A stretch of 64,000 bases of DNA from Escherichia coli O127:H6 str. E2348/69 (GCF_000026545.1 NC_011601.1); one strand, 5' to 3'. Positions 31,936 to 44,091 are shown, counted from the first letter of the stretch. Translations and numbers: made by a program. The notes: generated by a model not told the origin, from the letters alone.

Positions 31936-32556
31936 ATGAGTTATACCCTGCCATCCCTGCCGTATGCTTACGATGCCCTGGAACCGCACTTCGATAAGCA
32001 GACCATGGAAATCCACCACACCAAACACCATCAGACTTACGTCAACAACGCCAACGCGGCGCTGGAAAGCCTGCCAGAATTTGCCAACCTGCCGGTTGAA
32101 GAGCTGATCACCAAACTGGACCAGCTGCCAGCAGACAAGAAAACCGTACTGCGCAACAACGCTGGCGGTCACGCTAACCACAGCCTGTTCTGGAAAGGTC
32201 TGAAAAAAGGCACCACCCTGCAGGGTGACCTGAAAGCGGCTATCGAACGTGACTTCGGCTCCGTTGATAACTTCAAAGCAGAATTTGAGAAAGCGGCAGC
32301 TTCCCGCTTTGGTTCCGGCTGGGCATGGCTGGTGCAAAAAGGCGATAAACTGGCGGTGGTTTCTACTGCTAACCAGGACTCTCCGCTGATGGGCGAAGCC
32401 ATTTCTGGCGCTTCCGGCTTCCCGATTCTGGGCCTGGATGTGTGGGAACATGCTTACTATCTGAAATTCCAGAACCGCCGTCCGGACTACATTAAAGAGT
32501 TCTGGAACGTGGTGAACTGGGACGAAGCAGCGGCACGTTTCGCGGCGAAAAAATAA
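31936..32556 (+). CDS. sodA: Manganese superoxide dismutase
   Basis: The 206-aa protein begins [20 protein letters not shown] and has the metal-ligand motif DVWEHAYY. It matches K-12 SodA. Confidence 0.97.
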   Translation: MSYTLPSLPYAYDALEPHFDKQTMEIHHTKHHQTYVNNANAALESLPEFANLPVEELITKLDQLPADKKTVLRNNAGGHANHSLFWKGLKKGTTLQGDLKAAIERDFGSVDNFKAEFEKAAASRFGSGWAWLVQKGDKLAVVSTANQDSPLMGEAISGASGFPILGLDVWEHAYYLKFQNRRPDYIKEFWNVVNWDEAAARFAAKK

Positions 32557-32612
32557 TCATTTGCCGCCTGCTGCAATGAGGCGTTTACGCCGCATTGCAG
32601 CTTAAAAAATGA

Positions 32613-32639
32613 ACCATCGCCAACGGCGGTGGTTTTTTT
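32613..32639 (+). terminator. sodA Rho-independent terminator
   Basis: The stem pairs ACCATCGCC with GGCGGTGGT (one G-U pair), followed by TTTTTT. A second hairpin (CTGCAATG...CATTGCAG) precedes it. Confidence 0.8.
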
Positions 32640-32815
32640 GTGATCAATTTCAAAATAAAAACAATGATCCGATAAAAATAAAACAGCGTTTCAATTGGTG
32701 TGGTTTTGATCACTTTTATTGATCAAATGAATGTCTATCTTCGTTTCCATCAACACTGATGCTCCGTTGAGGAATGACGCATCAGCCCTTAAAAATATGC
32801 CGACAGGTGATGGAA

Positions 32816-33799
32816 ATGCAGATAAAACGCTCGATTGAGAAAATCCCGGGGGGGATGATGCTCGTCCCGCTATTCCTTGGCGCACTGTGCCACACCTTCT
32901 CGCCGGGGGCGGGGAAATATTTTGGATCATTCACCAACGGGATGATTACCGGTACGGTGCCCATTCTGGCGGTGTGGTTTTTTTGCATGGGGGCGTCAAT
33001 AAAATTAAGCGCGACGGGAACGGTACTGCGTAAATCCGGTACGCTGGTGGTAACTAAAATTGCCGTCGCGTGGGTGGTTGCGGCAATTGCCTCGCGCATT
33101 ATTCCGGAACATGGTGTTGAAGTTGGATTTTTTGCCGGACTTTCAACGTTGGCGCTGGTGGCGGCGATGGATATGACCAACGGCGGACTTTACGCTTCCA
33201 TCATGCAGCAGTACGGCACAAAAGAAGAAGCTGGGGCATTTGTGTTGATGTCGTTGGAGTCCGGGCCGCTCATGACGATGATTATTCTGGGCACTGCCGG
33301 GATTGCCTCGTTTGAACCGCATGTTTTCGTCGGCGCAGTATTGCCGTTCCTGGTGGGCTTTGCCCTGGGGAACCTTGACCCTGAGTTACGAGAATTTTTT
33401 AGCAAAGCGGTGCAGACGCTGATTCCATTCTTTGCCTTCGCATTGGGCAATACCATTGATTTGACTGTAATTGCCCAGACAGGTTTGCTGGGGATCCTGT
33501 TGGGTGTGGCAGTAATTATCGTGACCGGTATTCCGTTGATTATCGCCGATAAATTGATTGGCGGTGGCGATGGCACTGCCGGAATTGCCGCTTCCAGTTC
33601 CGCAGGGGCCGCGGTAGCGACACCTGTGCTGATTGCAGAAATGGTGCCTGCGTTTAAACCTATGGCTCCGGCAGCAACTTCGCTGGTCGCGACGGCGGTC
33701 ATTGTGACTTCGATTCTGGTGCCAATTCTTACCTCTATCTGGTCACGTAAAGTCAAAGCCAGAGCGGCGAAAATCGAAATTTTAGGTACGGTGAAATAA
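32816..33799 (+). CDS. kdgT: 2-keto-3-deoxygluconate permease
   Basis: The 327-aa form starts at [13 protein letters not shown]. It is polytopic and matches K-12 KdgT. Confidence 0.94.
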
Positions 33800-33947
33800 A
33801 CCAACTTCCTTAATCCCCACAGCCGGATGAACTAACGTTCGTCTGGTTTTCAATTGCGTTTCTGCCTGGATACTTACCGCGAAAACAGCACGCCTGACAT
33901 AAAATAAATATGGTCTAATGGGGAAATTTCTCGTGGAGAGGGAACAG

Positions 33948-34622
33948 ATGCGATATCCGGTTGATGTATACACAGGCAAGATTCAGGCTTATCCCGAAGG
34001 CAAACCCAGCGCAATTGCCAAAATCCAGGTTGATGGTGAGTTGATGCTGACGGACCTGGGGCTGGAAGGTGACGAACAGGCGGAGAAAAAGATCCACGGC
34101 GGGCCAGACAGAGCGCTGTGTCATTATCCTCGTGAGCATTATCTCTACTGGGCGCGGGAATTTCCGGAACAGGCGGAGCTGTTTGTTGCGCCTGCGCTTG
34201 GCGAAAATCTCTCAACCGACGGTCTGACGGAAAGTAATGTTTATATTGGTGATATTTTCCGCTGGGGAGAGGCATTAATTCAGGTCAGCCAGCCACGCTC
34301 ACCTTGCTATAAACTCAATTACCATTTTGATATCAGCGATATAGCGCAGTTGATGCAAAACACGGGTAAAGTGGGGTGGTTGTATAGCGTAATTGCACCA
34401 GGGTTGGTATCTGCTGATGCGCCACTGGAGTTGGTTTCCCGTGTCAGCGATGTGACCGTGCAGGAGGCTGCCGCCATCGCATGGCATATGCCGTTTGATG
34501 ACGATCAGTATCACCGTTTACTCTCCGCCGCAGGGTTATCGAAAAGCTGGACGCGAACGATGCAAAAGCGCCGACTGAGCGGCAAGATCGAAGATTTTTC
34601 CCGCCGGTTGTGGGGAAAATAA
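33948..34622 (+). CDS. yiiM: MOSC-domain protein YiiM (N-hydroxylaminopurine detoxification)
   Basis: The 224-aa form starts at MRYPVDVYTGKIQ and matches K-12 YiiM. Confidence 0.93.
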   Translation: MRYPVDVYTGKIQAYPEGKPSAIAKIQVDGELMLTDLGLEGDEQAEKKIHGGPDRALCHYPREHYLYWAREFPEQAELFVAPALGENLSTDGLTESNVYIGDIFRWGEALIQVSQPRSPCYKLNYHFDISDIAQLMQNTGKVGWLYSVIAPGLVSADAPLELVSRVSDVTVQEAAAIAWHMPFDDDQYHRLLSAAGLSKSWTRTMQKRRLSGKIEDFSRRLWGK

Positions 34623-34632
34623 CCCCCGGAGT

Positions 34633-34716
34633 GTAGGCCTGATAAGACGCTATCAGCGTCGCATCAGGCATCCTGCTCAAATGCCGGATGCGGCGTAAAC
34701 GCCTTATCCTGCCTAC
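34633..34716. repeat. REP pair (BIME) between yiiM and cpxA
   Basis: The units are GTAGGCCTGATAAGACGC...GCGTCGCATCAGGC and GCCGGATGCGGCGTAAACGCCTTATCCTGCCTAC. Confidence 0.9.
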
Positions 34717-34727
34717 AAATGCGGAGT

Positions 34728-36101
34728 TTAACTCCGCTTATACAGCGGCAACCAAATCACCAGCCGTAAACCGCCCAGCGGGCTGTCTTCTGCCTTCACC
34801 CAGCCACGATGCTGCTGAATGGCGGTTTCTACAATCGCCAGCCCCAAACCTGTACCGCCAGATTCACGATCGCGTGCTTCATCGGTCCGATAGAATGGAC
34901 GGAAAATCTGTTCGCGATCTTCCGGGCTAACGCCAGGACCATCGTCGTCCACCGTAATGGTGATACCGTCTTTATCTACCGCAAAGCCCACTTCAATCTT
35001 CGTATGGGAATAACGCAGAGCATTACGAACAATGTTTTCCAGCGCACTTTCCAGGGCGTTCGGGTTGCCGTACAGCGGCCACGGCCCAGGTGGGAAGTTA
35101 ACCGTCAACGACTTGCCCATTTGCTCGGCTTCGAACGCCGCGTTATCCAGCACTTCACTCCACAACTGGTTGGCTTTGATGGTCTCGCTAACCAGCGCAT
35201 TTTTCTGCTGATTACGTGACATCACCAACAGATCGTTGATCATGCTGTCCAGACGTTGCGCTTCGGTTTCAATACGCTCCAGTTCCTTGCTTTCACCGCT
35301 ACGACGGCGCAGTAACGCCGTACCCAGTTGCAGACGCGTCAGCGGGGTGCGCAGTTCGTGAGAGATATCAGAAAGTAGACGCTGCTGAGAGGTCATCATG
35401 CGCTCCAGCGCGGTGACCATCTGGTTAAAACTGGCACCGGCGGCAAGGAATTCCTGTGGCCCCGCTTCCAGTTCCGGGTGCTGGCGTAAGTTTCCCTGGG
35501 CAACTTCATCGGCAGCGTTTTTCAGCTTACGCGCCGGTTTTGCCAGACTCCAGGCCAACCACAACAGCAGCGGCGTACTGACCAGCATGGTGACAATCAG
35601 CAGTAATAGCGGGCGGTCAAACAGTAAGTTGATGAAATCGGATTGAGAACTGCTGGCCGGACGAATCAGATAAAGTTGGTAATTATCTTCGCCATCACGC
35701 ACGGAGAACGGACCGACCAGTTCCACGCGGCCATACTTTTTCTTCTGCGGATGATCGGCGTTATCGGCCTGACCAATAAAGTTACGAATGATCTGCATTT
35801 CGCTGCGTTCAGCGCCGATCACGCGGCCTTCGGTGGTCACCAGTAACAAACGCTGTCCTGGCGGTGCCCACTTATCAATCGCCCGGAACAGACGCCGCCA
35901 CCACATTAAATCGTTGGGCGGATCGTTCGCCAGCTCCGCTTCGACATGCTGCTCAATCATCAGACCCTGACGCTGTTCGCTATCCAGAAGCTCGGTCATC
36001 TGGCGTGAATCGAGCTTGGGTAACATCAAAACCAACATCAACACCAGCGCCAGCGTCAGCCAGAAGATGGCGAAGATGCGCGCGGTTAAGCTGCCTATCA
36101 T
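34728..36101 (-). CDS. cpxA: Envelope-stress sensor histidine kinase CpxA
   Basis: The 457-aa protein has the H-box SHELRTPLTRL and GHKL boxes. It matches K-12 CpxA. Confidence 0.97.
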   Translation of the reverse strand: MIGSLTARIFAIFWLTLALVLMLVLMLPKLDSRQMTELLDSEQRQGLMIEQHVEAELANDPPNDLMWWRRLFRAIDKWAPPGQRLLLVTTEGRVIGAERSEMQIIRNFIGQADNADHPQKKKYGRVELVGPFSVRDGEDNYQLYLIRPASSSQSDFINLLFDRPLLLLIVTMLVSTPLLLWLAWSLAKPARKLKNAADEVAQGNLRQHPELEAGPQEFLAAGASFNQMVTALERMMTSQQRLLSDISHELRTPLTRLQLGTALLRRRSGESKELERIETEAQRLDSMINDLLVMSRNQQKNALVSETIKANQLWSEVLDNAAFEAEQMGKSLTVNFPPGPWPLYGNPNALESALENIVRNALRYSHTKIEVGFAVDKDGITITVDDDGPGVSPEDREQIFRPFYRTDEARDRESGGTGLGLAIVETAIQQHRGWVKAEDSPLGGLRLVIWLPLYKRS

Positions 36102-36796
36102 GAAGCAGAAACCATCAGATAGCCGCGACCACGCAGGGTTTTAAACCACGGGTGACCATCTTTACGATCCGGCAGTTTACGACGCAGGTTGGAAATGTGC
36201 ATATCGATAGCGCGGTCGAAAGGCGTCAGGCGCTTGCCCAGCACTTCCTGGCTTAAATGCTCACGGGAAACCACCTGACCCAGATGCTGTGCCAGCAAAT
36301 AGAGCAGGGTAAACTCAGTACCGGTTAACTCCAGTGTTTGCCCGTCGAAGCTGGCTTCCTGGCGACCAGGATTGAGACTTAAGGCATCAACTTCCAGTGT
36401 CGGTGAACCGTTGTCGTTGTTTTGCTGTTGTTCGCTCCAGTGCGAACGGCGCAGGATCGCGCGAATACGTGCCACCAGCTCACGATCATTAAACGGTTTT
36501 GGGAGATAGTCATCTGCGCCCAGCTCAAGCCCGAGAACGCGATCAAGTTCACTGCCGCGCGCCGTCAACATAATGACAGGCGTCTGGTGTGTCTGGCGAA
36601 GTGCTTTTAATGTGTCGATACCATTTTTCTTCGGCATCATTACATCAAGCAAAAGTAAATCAATGCTGTCGTCCAGAAGATCAAGCGCCTGTTCCCCATC
36701 GTGGGCAACAATCACGTTGAAGCCTTCCATCTCGAGCAGCTCCTTTAATAGGGAAGTCAGCTCTCGGTCATCATCAACTAACAGGATTTTATTCAT
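36098..36796 (-). CDS. cpxR: Response regulator CpxR (OmpR family)
   Basis: The 232-aa protein begins MNKILLVDDDRELTSLL and matches K-12 CpxR. Confidence 0.97.
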   Translation of the reverse strand: MNKILLVDDDRELTSLLKELLEMEGFNVIVAHDGEQALDLLDDSIDLLLLDVMMPKKNGIDTLKALRQTHQTPVIMLTARGSELDRVLGLELGADDYLPKPFNDRELVARIRAILRRSHWSEQQQNNDNGSPTLEVDALSLNPGRQEASFDGQTLELTGTEFTLLYLLAQHLGQVVSREHLSQEVLGKRLTPFDRAIDMHISNLRRKLPDRKDGHPWFKTLRGRGYLMVSAS

Positions 36797-36851
36797 TGTT
36801 TAAATACCTCCGAGGCAGAAATTACGTCATCAGACGTCGCTAATCCATGAC

Positions 36852-36866
36852 TTTACGTTGTTTTAC
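36852..36866 (-). promoter_or_regulatory. CpxR-P binding box GTAAA-N5-GTAAA in the cpxR/cpxP divergent region
   Basis: The minus strand reads GTAAAACAACGTAAA, matching the tandem-pentamer consensus. A further GTAAA lies at 36897-36901. Confidence 0.8.
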
Positions 36867-36945
36867 ACCCCCTGACGCATGTTTGCAGCCTGAATCGTAA
36901 ACTCTCTATCGTTGAATCGCGACAGAAAGATTTTGGGAGCAAATG

Positions 36946-37446
36946 ATGCGCATAGTTACCGCTGCCGTCATGGCCTCAACGCTGGCAGTCAGTTCATTAA
37001 GCCACGCTGCTGAAGTCGGTTCAGGCGATAACTGGCATCCGGGTGAAGAACTTACGCAGCGCAGTACGCAGAGCCATATGTTCGACGGCATAAGTTTAAC
37101 CGAACATCAGCGTCAGCAGATGCGAGATCTTATGCAACAGGCCCGGCACGAACAGCCTCCTGTTAATGTTAGCGAACTGGAGACAATGCATCGCCTTGTC
37201 ACCGCAGAAAATTTTGATGAAAACGCTGTGCGTGCACAGGCAGAAAAAATGGCGAACGAGCAAATAGCTCGTCAGGTTGAGATGGCAAAAGTCCGCAACC
37301 AAATGTATCGCCTGTTAACGCCGGAGCAGCAAGCGGTTTTAAACGAGAAACATCAACAACGAATGGAGCAGTTGCGCGACGTGACGCAATGGCAAAAAAG
37401 TTCATCGTTGAAGCTATTGAGTAGTAGCAACTCACGTTCCCAGTAG
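36946..37446 (+). CDS. cpxP: Periplasmic Cpx pathway inhibitor/adaptor CpxP
   Basis: The 166-aa form starts at [15 protein letters not shown]. It has two LTxxQ motifs (LTEHQ, LTPEQ) and matches K-12 CpxP. Confidence 0.96.
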
Positions 37447-37451
37447 TAAAC

Positions 37452-37512
37452 CCTGTTTTCCTTGCCATAGACACCATCCCTGTCTTCCCCCACATGATGT
37501 GGGGGTTTTTTT
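37452..37512 (+). ncRNA. cpxQ: CpxQ sRNA (processed cpxP 3' UTR) including the cpxP terminator
   Basis: The 3' UTR ends in the hairpin CCCCCACA-TGA-TGTGGGGG (37487-37505) followed by TTTTTTT. CpxQ is known to derive from this 3' UTR in E. coli and Salmonella. The 5' end given is approximate. Confidence 0.6.
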
Positions 37513-37593
37513 ATCCTCAATTTGCCTGCTGCTTAATGCATTGCAGATGATTTGCTTCCGTTATACTACCGTCAGTTGATAGCGGGAGTATTT

Positions 37594-38496
37594 ATGAATC
37601 AATCTTATGGACGGCTGGTCAGTCGGGCGGCGATTGCTGCGACGGCGATGGCTTCGCTGCTATTGCTGATTAAAATTTTTGCATGGTGGTATACCGGGTC
37701 GGTGAGTATTCTCGCCGCGCTGGTGGATTCGCTGGTGGATATCGGCGCGTCGTTGACGAATTTACTGGTGGTGCGATATTCCCTGCAACCTGCCGACGAT
37801 AATCACTCGTTTGGTCACGGTAAAGCTGAGTCTCTCGCGGCGCTGGCGCAAAGTATGTTTATCTCCGGTTCGGCACTATTCCTGTTTTTGACGGGTATTC
37901 AACATCTGGTATCTCCAACACCGATGACAGATCCAGGCGTCGGGGTTATCGTGACAATTGTGGCGCTAATTTGTACGATTATCCTTGTCTCGTTTCAGCG
38001 TTGGGTGGTGCGCCGGACGCAAAGCCAGGCGGTGCGGGCTGATATGCTACATTACCAGTCTGATGTTATGATGAACGGCGCAATTCTGCTGGCGCTGGGG
38101 TTGTCCTGGTACGGCTGGCATCGCGCCGATGCTCTGTTTGCATTGGGGATCGGCATCTATATTTTATATAGCGCGTTACGCATGGGATATGAGGCGGTAC
38201 AGTCATTACTGGATCGCGCATTGCCTGATGAGGAACGGCAAGAAATTATTGATATCGTGGCTTCCTGGCCGGGTGTTAGCGGCGCTCACGATCTTCGCAC
38301 GCGGCAGTCAGGGCCGACCCGCTTTATTCAGATTCATTTGGAAATGGAAGACTCTCTGCCTTTGGTTCAGGCACATATGGTGGCGGATCAGGTAGAGCAG
38401 GCTATTTTACGGCGTTTTCCGGGATCGGATGTGATTATCCATCAGGACCCCTGTTCCGTCGTACCCAGGGAGGGTAAACGGTCTATGCTTTCATAA
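37594..38496 (+). CDS. fieF: Cation-diffusion-facilitator Fe/Zn efflux pump FieF (YiiP)
   Basis: The 300-aa form starts at [13 protein letters not shown] and matches K-12 FieF. Confidence 0.95.
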   Translation: MNQSYGRLVSRAAIAATAMASLLLLIKIFAWWYTGSVSILAALVDSLVDIGASLTNLLVVRYSLQPADDNHSFGHGKAESLAALAQSMFISGSALFLFLTGIQHLVSPTPMTDPGVGVIVTIVALICTIILVSFQRWVVRRTQSQAVRADMLHYQSDVMMNGAILLALGLSWYGWHRADALFALGIGIYILYSALRMGYEAVQSLLDRALPDEERQEIIDIVASWPGVSGAHDLRTRQSGPTRFIQIHLEMEDSLPLVQAHMVADQVEQAILRRFPGSDVIIHQDPCSVVPREGKRSMLS

Positions 38497-38676
38497 TCAG
38501 TATAAAAGAGAGCCAGACCCGCATTTTGTGTATAAAATACCGCCATTTGGCCTGACCTGAATCAATTCAGCAGGAAGTGATTGTTATACTATTTGCACAT
38601 TCGTTGGATCACTTCGATGTGCAAGAAGACTTCCGGCAACAGATTTCATTTTGCATTCCAAAGTTCAGAGGTAGTC

Positions 38677-39639
38677 ATGATTAAGAAAATCGGTGTGTTG
38701 ACAAGCGGCGGTGATGCGCCAGGCATGAACGCCGCAATTCGCGGGGTTGTTCGTTCTGCGCTGACAGAAGGTCTGGAAGTAATGGGCATTTATGACGGCT
38801 ATCTGGGTCTGTATGAAGACCGTATGGTACAGCTAGACCGTTACAGCGTTTCTGACATGATCAACCGTGGTGGTACGTTCCTCGGTTCTGCGCGTTTCCC
38901 GGAATTCCGCGACGAGAACATCCGCGCCGTGGCTATCGAAAACCTGAAAAAACGTGGGATCGACGCGCTGGTGGTTATCGGCGGTGACGGCTCCTACATG
39001 GGGGCAATGCGTCTGACCGAAATGGGCTTCCCGTGCATCGGCCTGCCGGGCACTATTGACAACGACATCAAAGGCACTGACTACACGATCGGTTTCTTCA
39101 CTGCGCTGAGCACCGTTGTAGAAGCGATCGACCGTCTGCGTGACACCTCTTCTTCTCACCAGCGTATTTCCGTGGTGGAAGTGATGGGCCGTTATTGTGG
39201 CGATCTGACGTTGGCTGCGGCCATTGCCGGTGGCTGTGAATTCGTTGTGGTTCCGGAAGTTGAATTCAGCCGTGAAGACCTGGTAAACGAAATCAAAGCG
39301 GGTATCGCGAAAGGTAAAAAACACGCGATCGTGGCGATTACCGAACATATGTGTGATGTTGACGAACTGGCGCATTTCATCGAGAAAGAAACCGGCCGTG
39401 AAACCCGCGCAACTGTGCTGGGCCACATCCAGCGCGGTGGTTCTCCGGTGCCTTACGACCGTATTCTGGCTTCCCGTATGGGCGCTTACGCTATCGAGCT
39501 GCTGCTGGCAGGTTACGGTGGTCGTTGCGTAGGTATCCAGAACGAACAGCTGGTTCACCACGACATCATCGACGCTATCGAAAACATGAAGCGTCCGTTC
39601 AAAGGCGACTGGCTGGACTGCGCGAAAAAACTGTATTAA
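38677..39639 (+). CDS. pfkA: ATP-dependent 6-phosphofructokinase I
   Basis: The 320-aa form starts at [23 protein letters not shown] and matches K-12 PfkA. The track ORF has a 32-codon 5' extension. Confidence 0.97.
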   Translation: MIKKIGVLTSGGDAPGMNAAIRGVVRSALTEGLEVMGIYDGYLGLYEDRMVQLDRYSVSDMINRGGTFLGSARFPEFRDENIRAVAIENLKKRGIDALVVIGGDGSYMGAMRLTEMGFPCIGLPGTIDNDIKGTDYTIGFFTALSTVVEAIDRLRDTSSSHQRISVVEVMGRYCGDLTLAAAIAGGCEFVVVPEVEFSREDLVNEIKAGIAKGKKHAIVAITEHMCDVDELAHFIEKETGRETRATVLGHIQRGGSPVPYDRILASRMGAYAIELLLAGYGGRCVGIQNEQLVHHDIIDAIENMKRPFKGDWLDCAKKLY

Positions 39640-39694
39640 TGATTTCGGAAAAAGGCAGATTCCTTTAGCCTGAAACCGATGACAGAAGCAAAAA

Positions 39695-39794
39695 GGCCTG
39701 ATGCGCTTCGCTTATCAGGCCTACATGAATTCTGTAATCTATTGAATTTGCAAACTTTTGTAGGCCGGATAAGGCGTTTGTGCCGCATCCGGCA
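39695..39794. repeat. REP pair (BIME) between pfkA and sbp
   Basis: The units are GGCCTGATGCGCTTCGCTTATCAGGCCTAC and GTAGGCCGGATAAGGCGTTTGTGCCGCATCCGGCA. Confidence 0.9.
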
Positions 39795-39958
39795 TGGACA
39801 AAGCGCACTTTGTCAGCAATATGAGGCGGATTTCTTCCGCCTTTTTAATCCCCCAACATATACTCGCAAGTTATAGCCAATCTTTTTTTATTCTTTAATG
39901 TTTGGTCAACCTTCTGGCACGCTTTGCTCATCACAACACAACATAAGAGAGTCGGGCG

Positions 39959-40948
39959 ATGAAAAAGTGGGGCGTAGGGTTAACATTTTTGCTGGCGGCA
40001 ACCAGCGTTATGGCAAAGGATATTCAGCTTCTTAACGTTTCATATGATCCAACGCGCGAATTGTACGAACAGTACAACAAGGCATTCAGCGCCCACTGGA
40101 AACAGCAAACTGGCGATAACGTGGTGATTCGTCAGTCACACGGTGGTTCAGGCAAACAAGCGACGTCGGTAATCAACGGTATTGAAGCTGATGTTGTCAC
40201 GCTGGCTCTGGCCTATGACGTGGACGCGATTGCTGAACGCGGGCGGATTGATAAAGAGTGGATCAAACGTCTGCCGGATAACTCCGCACCGTACACTTCC
40301 ACCATTGTTTTCCTGGTACGTAAGGGTAATCCGAAGCAGATCCATGACTGGAACGATCTGATTAAACCGGGTGTTTCGGTGATCACGCCTAATCCGAAAA
40401 GCTCTGGTGGCGCGCGCTGGAATTACCTGGCAGCCTGGGGCTACGCGCTGCATCACAACAACAACGATCAGGCAAAAGCACAGGATTTTGTTCGTGCACT
40501 GTATAAAAACGTCGAAGTTCTGGATTCTGGCGCGCGCGGATCCACTAACACTTTTGTCGAGCGCGGAATTGGCGATGTACTGATTGCCTGGGAAAATGAA
40601 GCTCTGCTGGCAGCGAATGAACTGGGGAAAGATAAATTCGAAATCGTTACGCCGAGTGAGTCTATCCTCGCAGAGCCAACCGTGTCGGTGGTCGATAAAG
40701 TGGTCGAGAAAAAAGGCACCAAAGAGGTGGCGGAAGCCTACCTGAAATATCTCTACTCGCCAGAAGGTCAGGAAATTGCAGCGAAAAACTACTACCGTCC
40801 GCGCGACGCTGAGGTAGCGAAAAAGTACGAAAATGCGTTTCCAAAATTGAAGTTATTCACCATTGATGAAGAGTTCGGCGGCTGGACGAAAGCGCAAAAA
40901 GAGCATTTTGCTAACGGCGGTACGTTCGATCAGATCAGCAAACGCTGA
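39959..40948 (+). CDS. sbp: Periplasmic sulfate-binding protein
   Basis: The 329-aa protein has a signal peptide and matches K-12 Sbp. Confidence 0.96.
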   Translation: MKKWGVGLTFLLAATSVMAKDIQLLNVSYDPTRELYEQYNKAFSAHWKQQTGDNVVIRQSHGGSGKQATSVINGIEADVVTLALAYDVDAIAERGRIDKEWIKRLPDNSAPYTSTIVFLVRKGNPKQIHDWNDLIKPGVSVITPNPKSSGGARWNYLAAWGYALHHNNNDQAKAQDFVRALYKNVEVLDSGARGSTNTFVERGIGDVLIAWENEALLAANELGKDKFEIVTPSESILAEPTVSVVDKVVEKKGTKEVAEAYLKYLYSPEGQEIAAKNYYRPRDAEVAKKYENAFPKLKLFTIDEEFGGWTKAQKEHFANGGTFDQISKR

Positions 40949-41054
40949 TTTCCCCAGGATAATTATCAAGCCCGGTGGTTTCTCGCGACTGGGTTTTTTA
41001 TTTGTCACGATTTTGCGTTACCCTTGCATCTCTTTGAGGTACAGGGAAAAAAAG

Positions 41055-41810
41055 ATGAAAAAAGCGGGTCTTCTTTTTTTGGTGATGATAGTTATCGCCG
41101 TTGTGGCTGCCGGTATTGGTTACTGGAAATTAACCGGTGAAGAGTCAGACACGTTACGTAAGATTGTTCTTGAGCAATGTTTGCCCAACCAGCAGGAAAA
41201 CCAAAACCCGTCGCCATGTGCGGAAGTCAAACCCAACGCCGGATACGTGGTTTTAAAAGATCGTCATGGCCCACTGCAATATCTGTTGATGCCAACGTAC
41301 CGTATTAACGGTACTGAAAGCCCATTGTTGACCGATCCGTCAACGCCTAATTTTTTCTGGTTAGCCTGGCAGGCGCGTGATTTTATGAGCCAAAAATACG
41401 GCCAGCCTGTTCCCGATCGCGCGGTATCTCTGGCGATCAACTCCCGGACCGGGCGTACGCAAAACCATTTTCATATTCATATTTCTTGTATTCGTCCTGA
41501 TGTGCGCGAACAACTGGATAACAATCTGGCGAACATCAGTAGCCGCTGGTTGCCACTGCCAGGTGGTTTGCGTGGGCATGAGTACCTGGCGCGTCGGGTA
41601 ACGGAAAGCGAACTGGTACAACGCAGCCCATTTATGATGCTGGCGGAAGAAGTGCCTGAGGCGCGGGAACATATGGGAAGCTACGGGCTGGCGATGGTAC
41701 GGCAGAGTGATAACTCATTTGTATTGCTGGCGACACAACGAAATCTACTGACGCTGAACCGTGCTTCAGCCGAGGAAATCCAGGATCATCAGTGTGAGAT
41801 TTTGCGTTAA
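41055..41810 (+). CDS. cdh: CDP-diacylglycerol pyrophosphatase
   Basis: The 251-aa form starts at [13 protein letters not shown]. It has an HIT-like HFHIHIS motif and matches K-12 Cdh. Confidence 0.95.
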   Translation: MKKAGLLFLVMIVIAVVAAGIGYWKLTGEESDTLRKIVLEQCLPNQQENQNPSPCAEVKPNAGYVVLKDRHGPLQYLLMPTYRINGTESPLLTDPSTPNFFWLAWQARDFMSQKYGQPVPDRAVSLAINSRTGRTQNHFHIHISCIRPDVREQLDNNLANISSRWLPLPGGLRGHEYLARRVTESELVQRSPFMMLAEEVPEAREHMGSYGLAMVRQSDNSFVLLATQRNLLTLNRASAEEIQDHQCEILR

Positions 41811-41832
41811 GGCGAGGAGTTTAGGAAAGTAA

Positions 41833-41855
41833 GTGCCGGATATGAAATCCGGCAC
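41833..41855. terminator. Bidirectional terminator between convergent cdh and tpiA
   Basis: The stem pairs GTGCCGGAT with ATCCGGCAC around the loop ATGAA. Confidence 0.7.
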
Positions 41856-41864
41856 CTGTCAGAC

Positions 41865-42632
41865 TTAAGCCTGTTTAGCCGCTTCTGCAGCTTTAACGAT
41901 CACGGCGAAAGCGTCAGCTTTCAGAGAAGCACCGCCAACCAGCGCGCCGTCGATGTCTGGCTGAGCAAACAGTTCTGCAGCGTTAGACGCGTTTACAGAG
42001 CCGCCGTACTGAATGATCACTTGTTCAGCGATGTTAGCGTCAACTTTAGCAATGTGGTCACGGATGAATTTGTGAACAGCCTGTGCCTTAGCCGGAGTTG
42101 CAGATTTGCCAGTACCGATTGCCCATACAGGTTCGTAAGCGATAACCGCACCTTCGAATGCCGCAGCACCCTGAGTTTTCAGTACCGCGTCGATCTGACG
42201 TGCACAAACTTCTTCAGTTTTGCCCGCTTCGTTTTCCGCTTCGGTTTCACCGATGCACAGAACCGGAGTCAGTCCCTGCTCTTTCAGCACCGCGAATTTT
42301 TTCGCGATCAGTTCGTCAGATTCTTTGTGGTAAGTACGACGTTCAGAGTGGCCGATGATGATGTACTGTGCGCCGATGTCTTTCAGCATAGCAGCAGAGG
42401 TTTCACCGGTGAATGCGCCGGACAGGTTCAGGTCCACGTTTTGCGCACCCAGCATGATGTGGCTGCCTTCAGCTTCACGCTTCGCCATATCGATGTACAT
42501 TTCCGGTGGTGCGATTGCAACCGCACAGCCAGCAACACCTGCCAGCTCTTTACGCAGGTTAGATACCAGCTCGTGAACCATGTGGCGGCTGCCGTTCAGT
42601 TTCCAGTTACCCATCACTAAAGGATGTCGCAT
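41865..42632 (-). CDS. tpiA: Triosephosphate isomerase
   Basis: The 255-aa protein begins [14 protein letters not shown] and matches K-12 TpiA. Confidence 0.97.
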   Translation of the reverse strand: MRHPLVMGNWKLNGSRHMVHELVSNLRKELAGVAGCAVAIAPPEMYIDMAKREAEGSHIMLGAQNVDLNLSGAFTGETSAAMLKDIGAQYIIIGHSERRTYHKESDELIAKKFAVLKEQGLTPVLCIGETEAENEAGKTEEVCARQIDAVLKTQGAAAFEGAVIAYEPVWAIGTGKSATPAKAQAVHKFIRDHIAKVDANIAEQVIIQYGGSVNASNAAELFAQPDIDGALVGGASLKADAFAVIVKAAEAAKQA

Positions 42633-42739
42633 TTTAATTCTCCACGCTTATAAGCGAATAAAGGAAGATGGCCGCCCCGCAGGGCAGCAGGTCTGTGAAA
42701 CAGTATAGAGATTCATCGGCACAAAGGCTTTGCTTTTTG

Positions 42740-43339
42740 TCATTTATTCAAACCTTCAAGCGATTCAGATAGCGCCAGCTTAATCGGTTCAACAGCGAAG
42801 GTCAGCCCCTTTTCGCCGTTGTCCGCGACAACATAACGCAGTGCACCTTCTGTCTCGGTGTAATAACGTTTGTTTTTCCCCGCCGTTAGTAGCGACTGCA
42901 GTTTTTTCTGGCTTTGAGTTTTGGTCATTAATGGGGTGAGTGTGCGGATCACCGCTGCCATGTATGCCTGAGCTTTCGTTTTCGCGGCTTTTTGCTCTGG
43001 CCCCTGGATGGGTAGCCAGGTTATTTGAATGCTTTTGATTTTTAAGGTACCGCGCTCCAGTGCAGTAGAAGCATACAAGTTCTCGTTAATTTTACTTGCT
43101 GCACGAGTGAGATTGGCTTTGTCGGGACTGCTGTCGATGGCACGAAATTCGTTCAGTGGCAGGCTGGGATTCTGGCTGTTAAAGTCTTCTCGAAACTGGC
43201 TGATGGAGAGATCGAAAGTAGGGGCTCCAGCCAGCAGATAAGGCGCGGTCGTTGCCGTATCTGGTGTTTGTGCATGCGCCGTTGTTGTAACGGTTAATGC
43301 AGAACATAAGAGAAAAAACAGCGTACACCCTGGCTTCAT
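42740..43339 (-). CDS. yiiQ: DUF1454 periplasmic protein YiiQ
   Basis: The 199-aa protein has a signal peptide and matches recalled K-12 YiiQ. It is syntenic. Confidence 0.9.
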   Translation of the reverse strand: MKPGCTLFFLLCSALTVTTTAHAQTPDTATTAPYLLAGAPTFDLSISQFREDFNSQNPSLPLNEFRAIDSSPDKANLTRAASKINENLYASTALERGTLKIKSIQITWLPIQGPEQKAAKTKAQAYMAAVIRTLTPLMTKTQSQKKLQSLLTAGKNKRYYTETEGALRYVVADNGEKGLTFAVEPIKLALSESLEGLNK

Positions 43340-43439
43340 TGACAGTACCTTTTGTTATGACTGGCTCCGATTAAAACGATATCTGTCGCCCTTGTCAAAA
43401 GGGTAGAATCCTGGAAAAGACAACCATCAAGGAACTTAC

Positions 43440-43880
43440 ATGACCATACAGCAATGGTTATTCTCATTTAAAGGGCGTATTGGACGCCGTGATTTCTGGA
43501 TTTGGATAGGCCTGTGGTTCGCAGGCATGCTGGTGCTTTTCTCACTGGCGGGTAAAAATTTACTTGATATTCAGACCGCGGCGTTTTGCCTTGTGTGCTT
43601 GCTTTGGCCAACAGCGGCAGTAACCGTTAAGCGCTTGCATGATCGCGGGCGTTCCGGCGCATGGGCATTTCTGATGATTGTGGCGTGGATGCTGCTGGCG
43701 GGTAACTGGGCAATTTTACCGGGTGTCTGGCAATGGGCGGTGGGGCGTTTTATCCCGACATTGATTCTGGTGATGATGCTTATCGATCTTGGTGCGTTTG
43801 TTGGCACACAAGGCGAAAATAAATATGGTAAAGATACCCAGGATGTGAAGTATAAAGCCGACAATAAATCAAGTAATTAA
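43440..43880 (+). CDS. yiiR: DUF805 inner-membrane protein YiiR
   Basis: The 146-aa protein contains GRIGRRDFW, typical of DUF805, and is syntenic. Confidence 0.9.
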   Translation: MTIQQWLFSFKGRIGRRDFWIWIGLWFAGMLVLFSLAGKNLLDIQTAAFCLVCLLWPTAAVTVKRLHDRGRSGAWAFLMIVAWMLLAGNWAILPGVWQWAVGRFIPTLILVMMLIDLGAFVGTQGENKYGKDTQDVKYKADNKSSN

Positions 43881-44091
43881 CCTTTAATATATCTCTTACT
43901 GCTATTTTTTTCCGGGATTGTTATTTCCACGATGCAAGTGACAATGCCCGGAAAATCCTTCTGAACTCTTCACCTTAAGCAATATCAAAAAAAATGGTAA
44001 TCCATAAGATCATTACTTGTTTGTTCTTCCTTTAACGGCGCATTATTCTTAAGTCGTAATCGACAGAGAGGCGAATATACAGAGGTGCCCT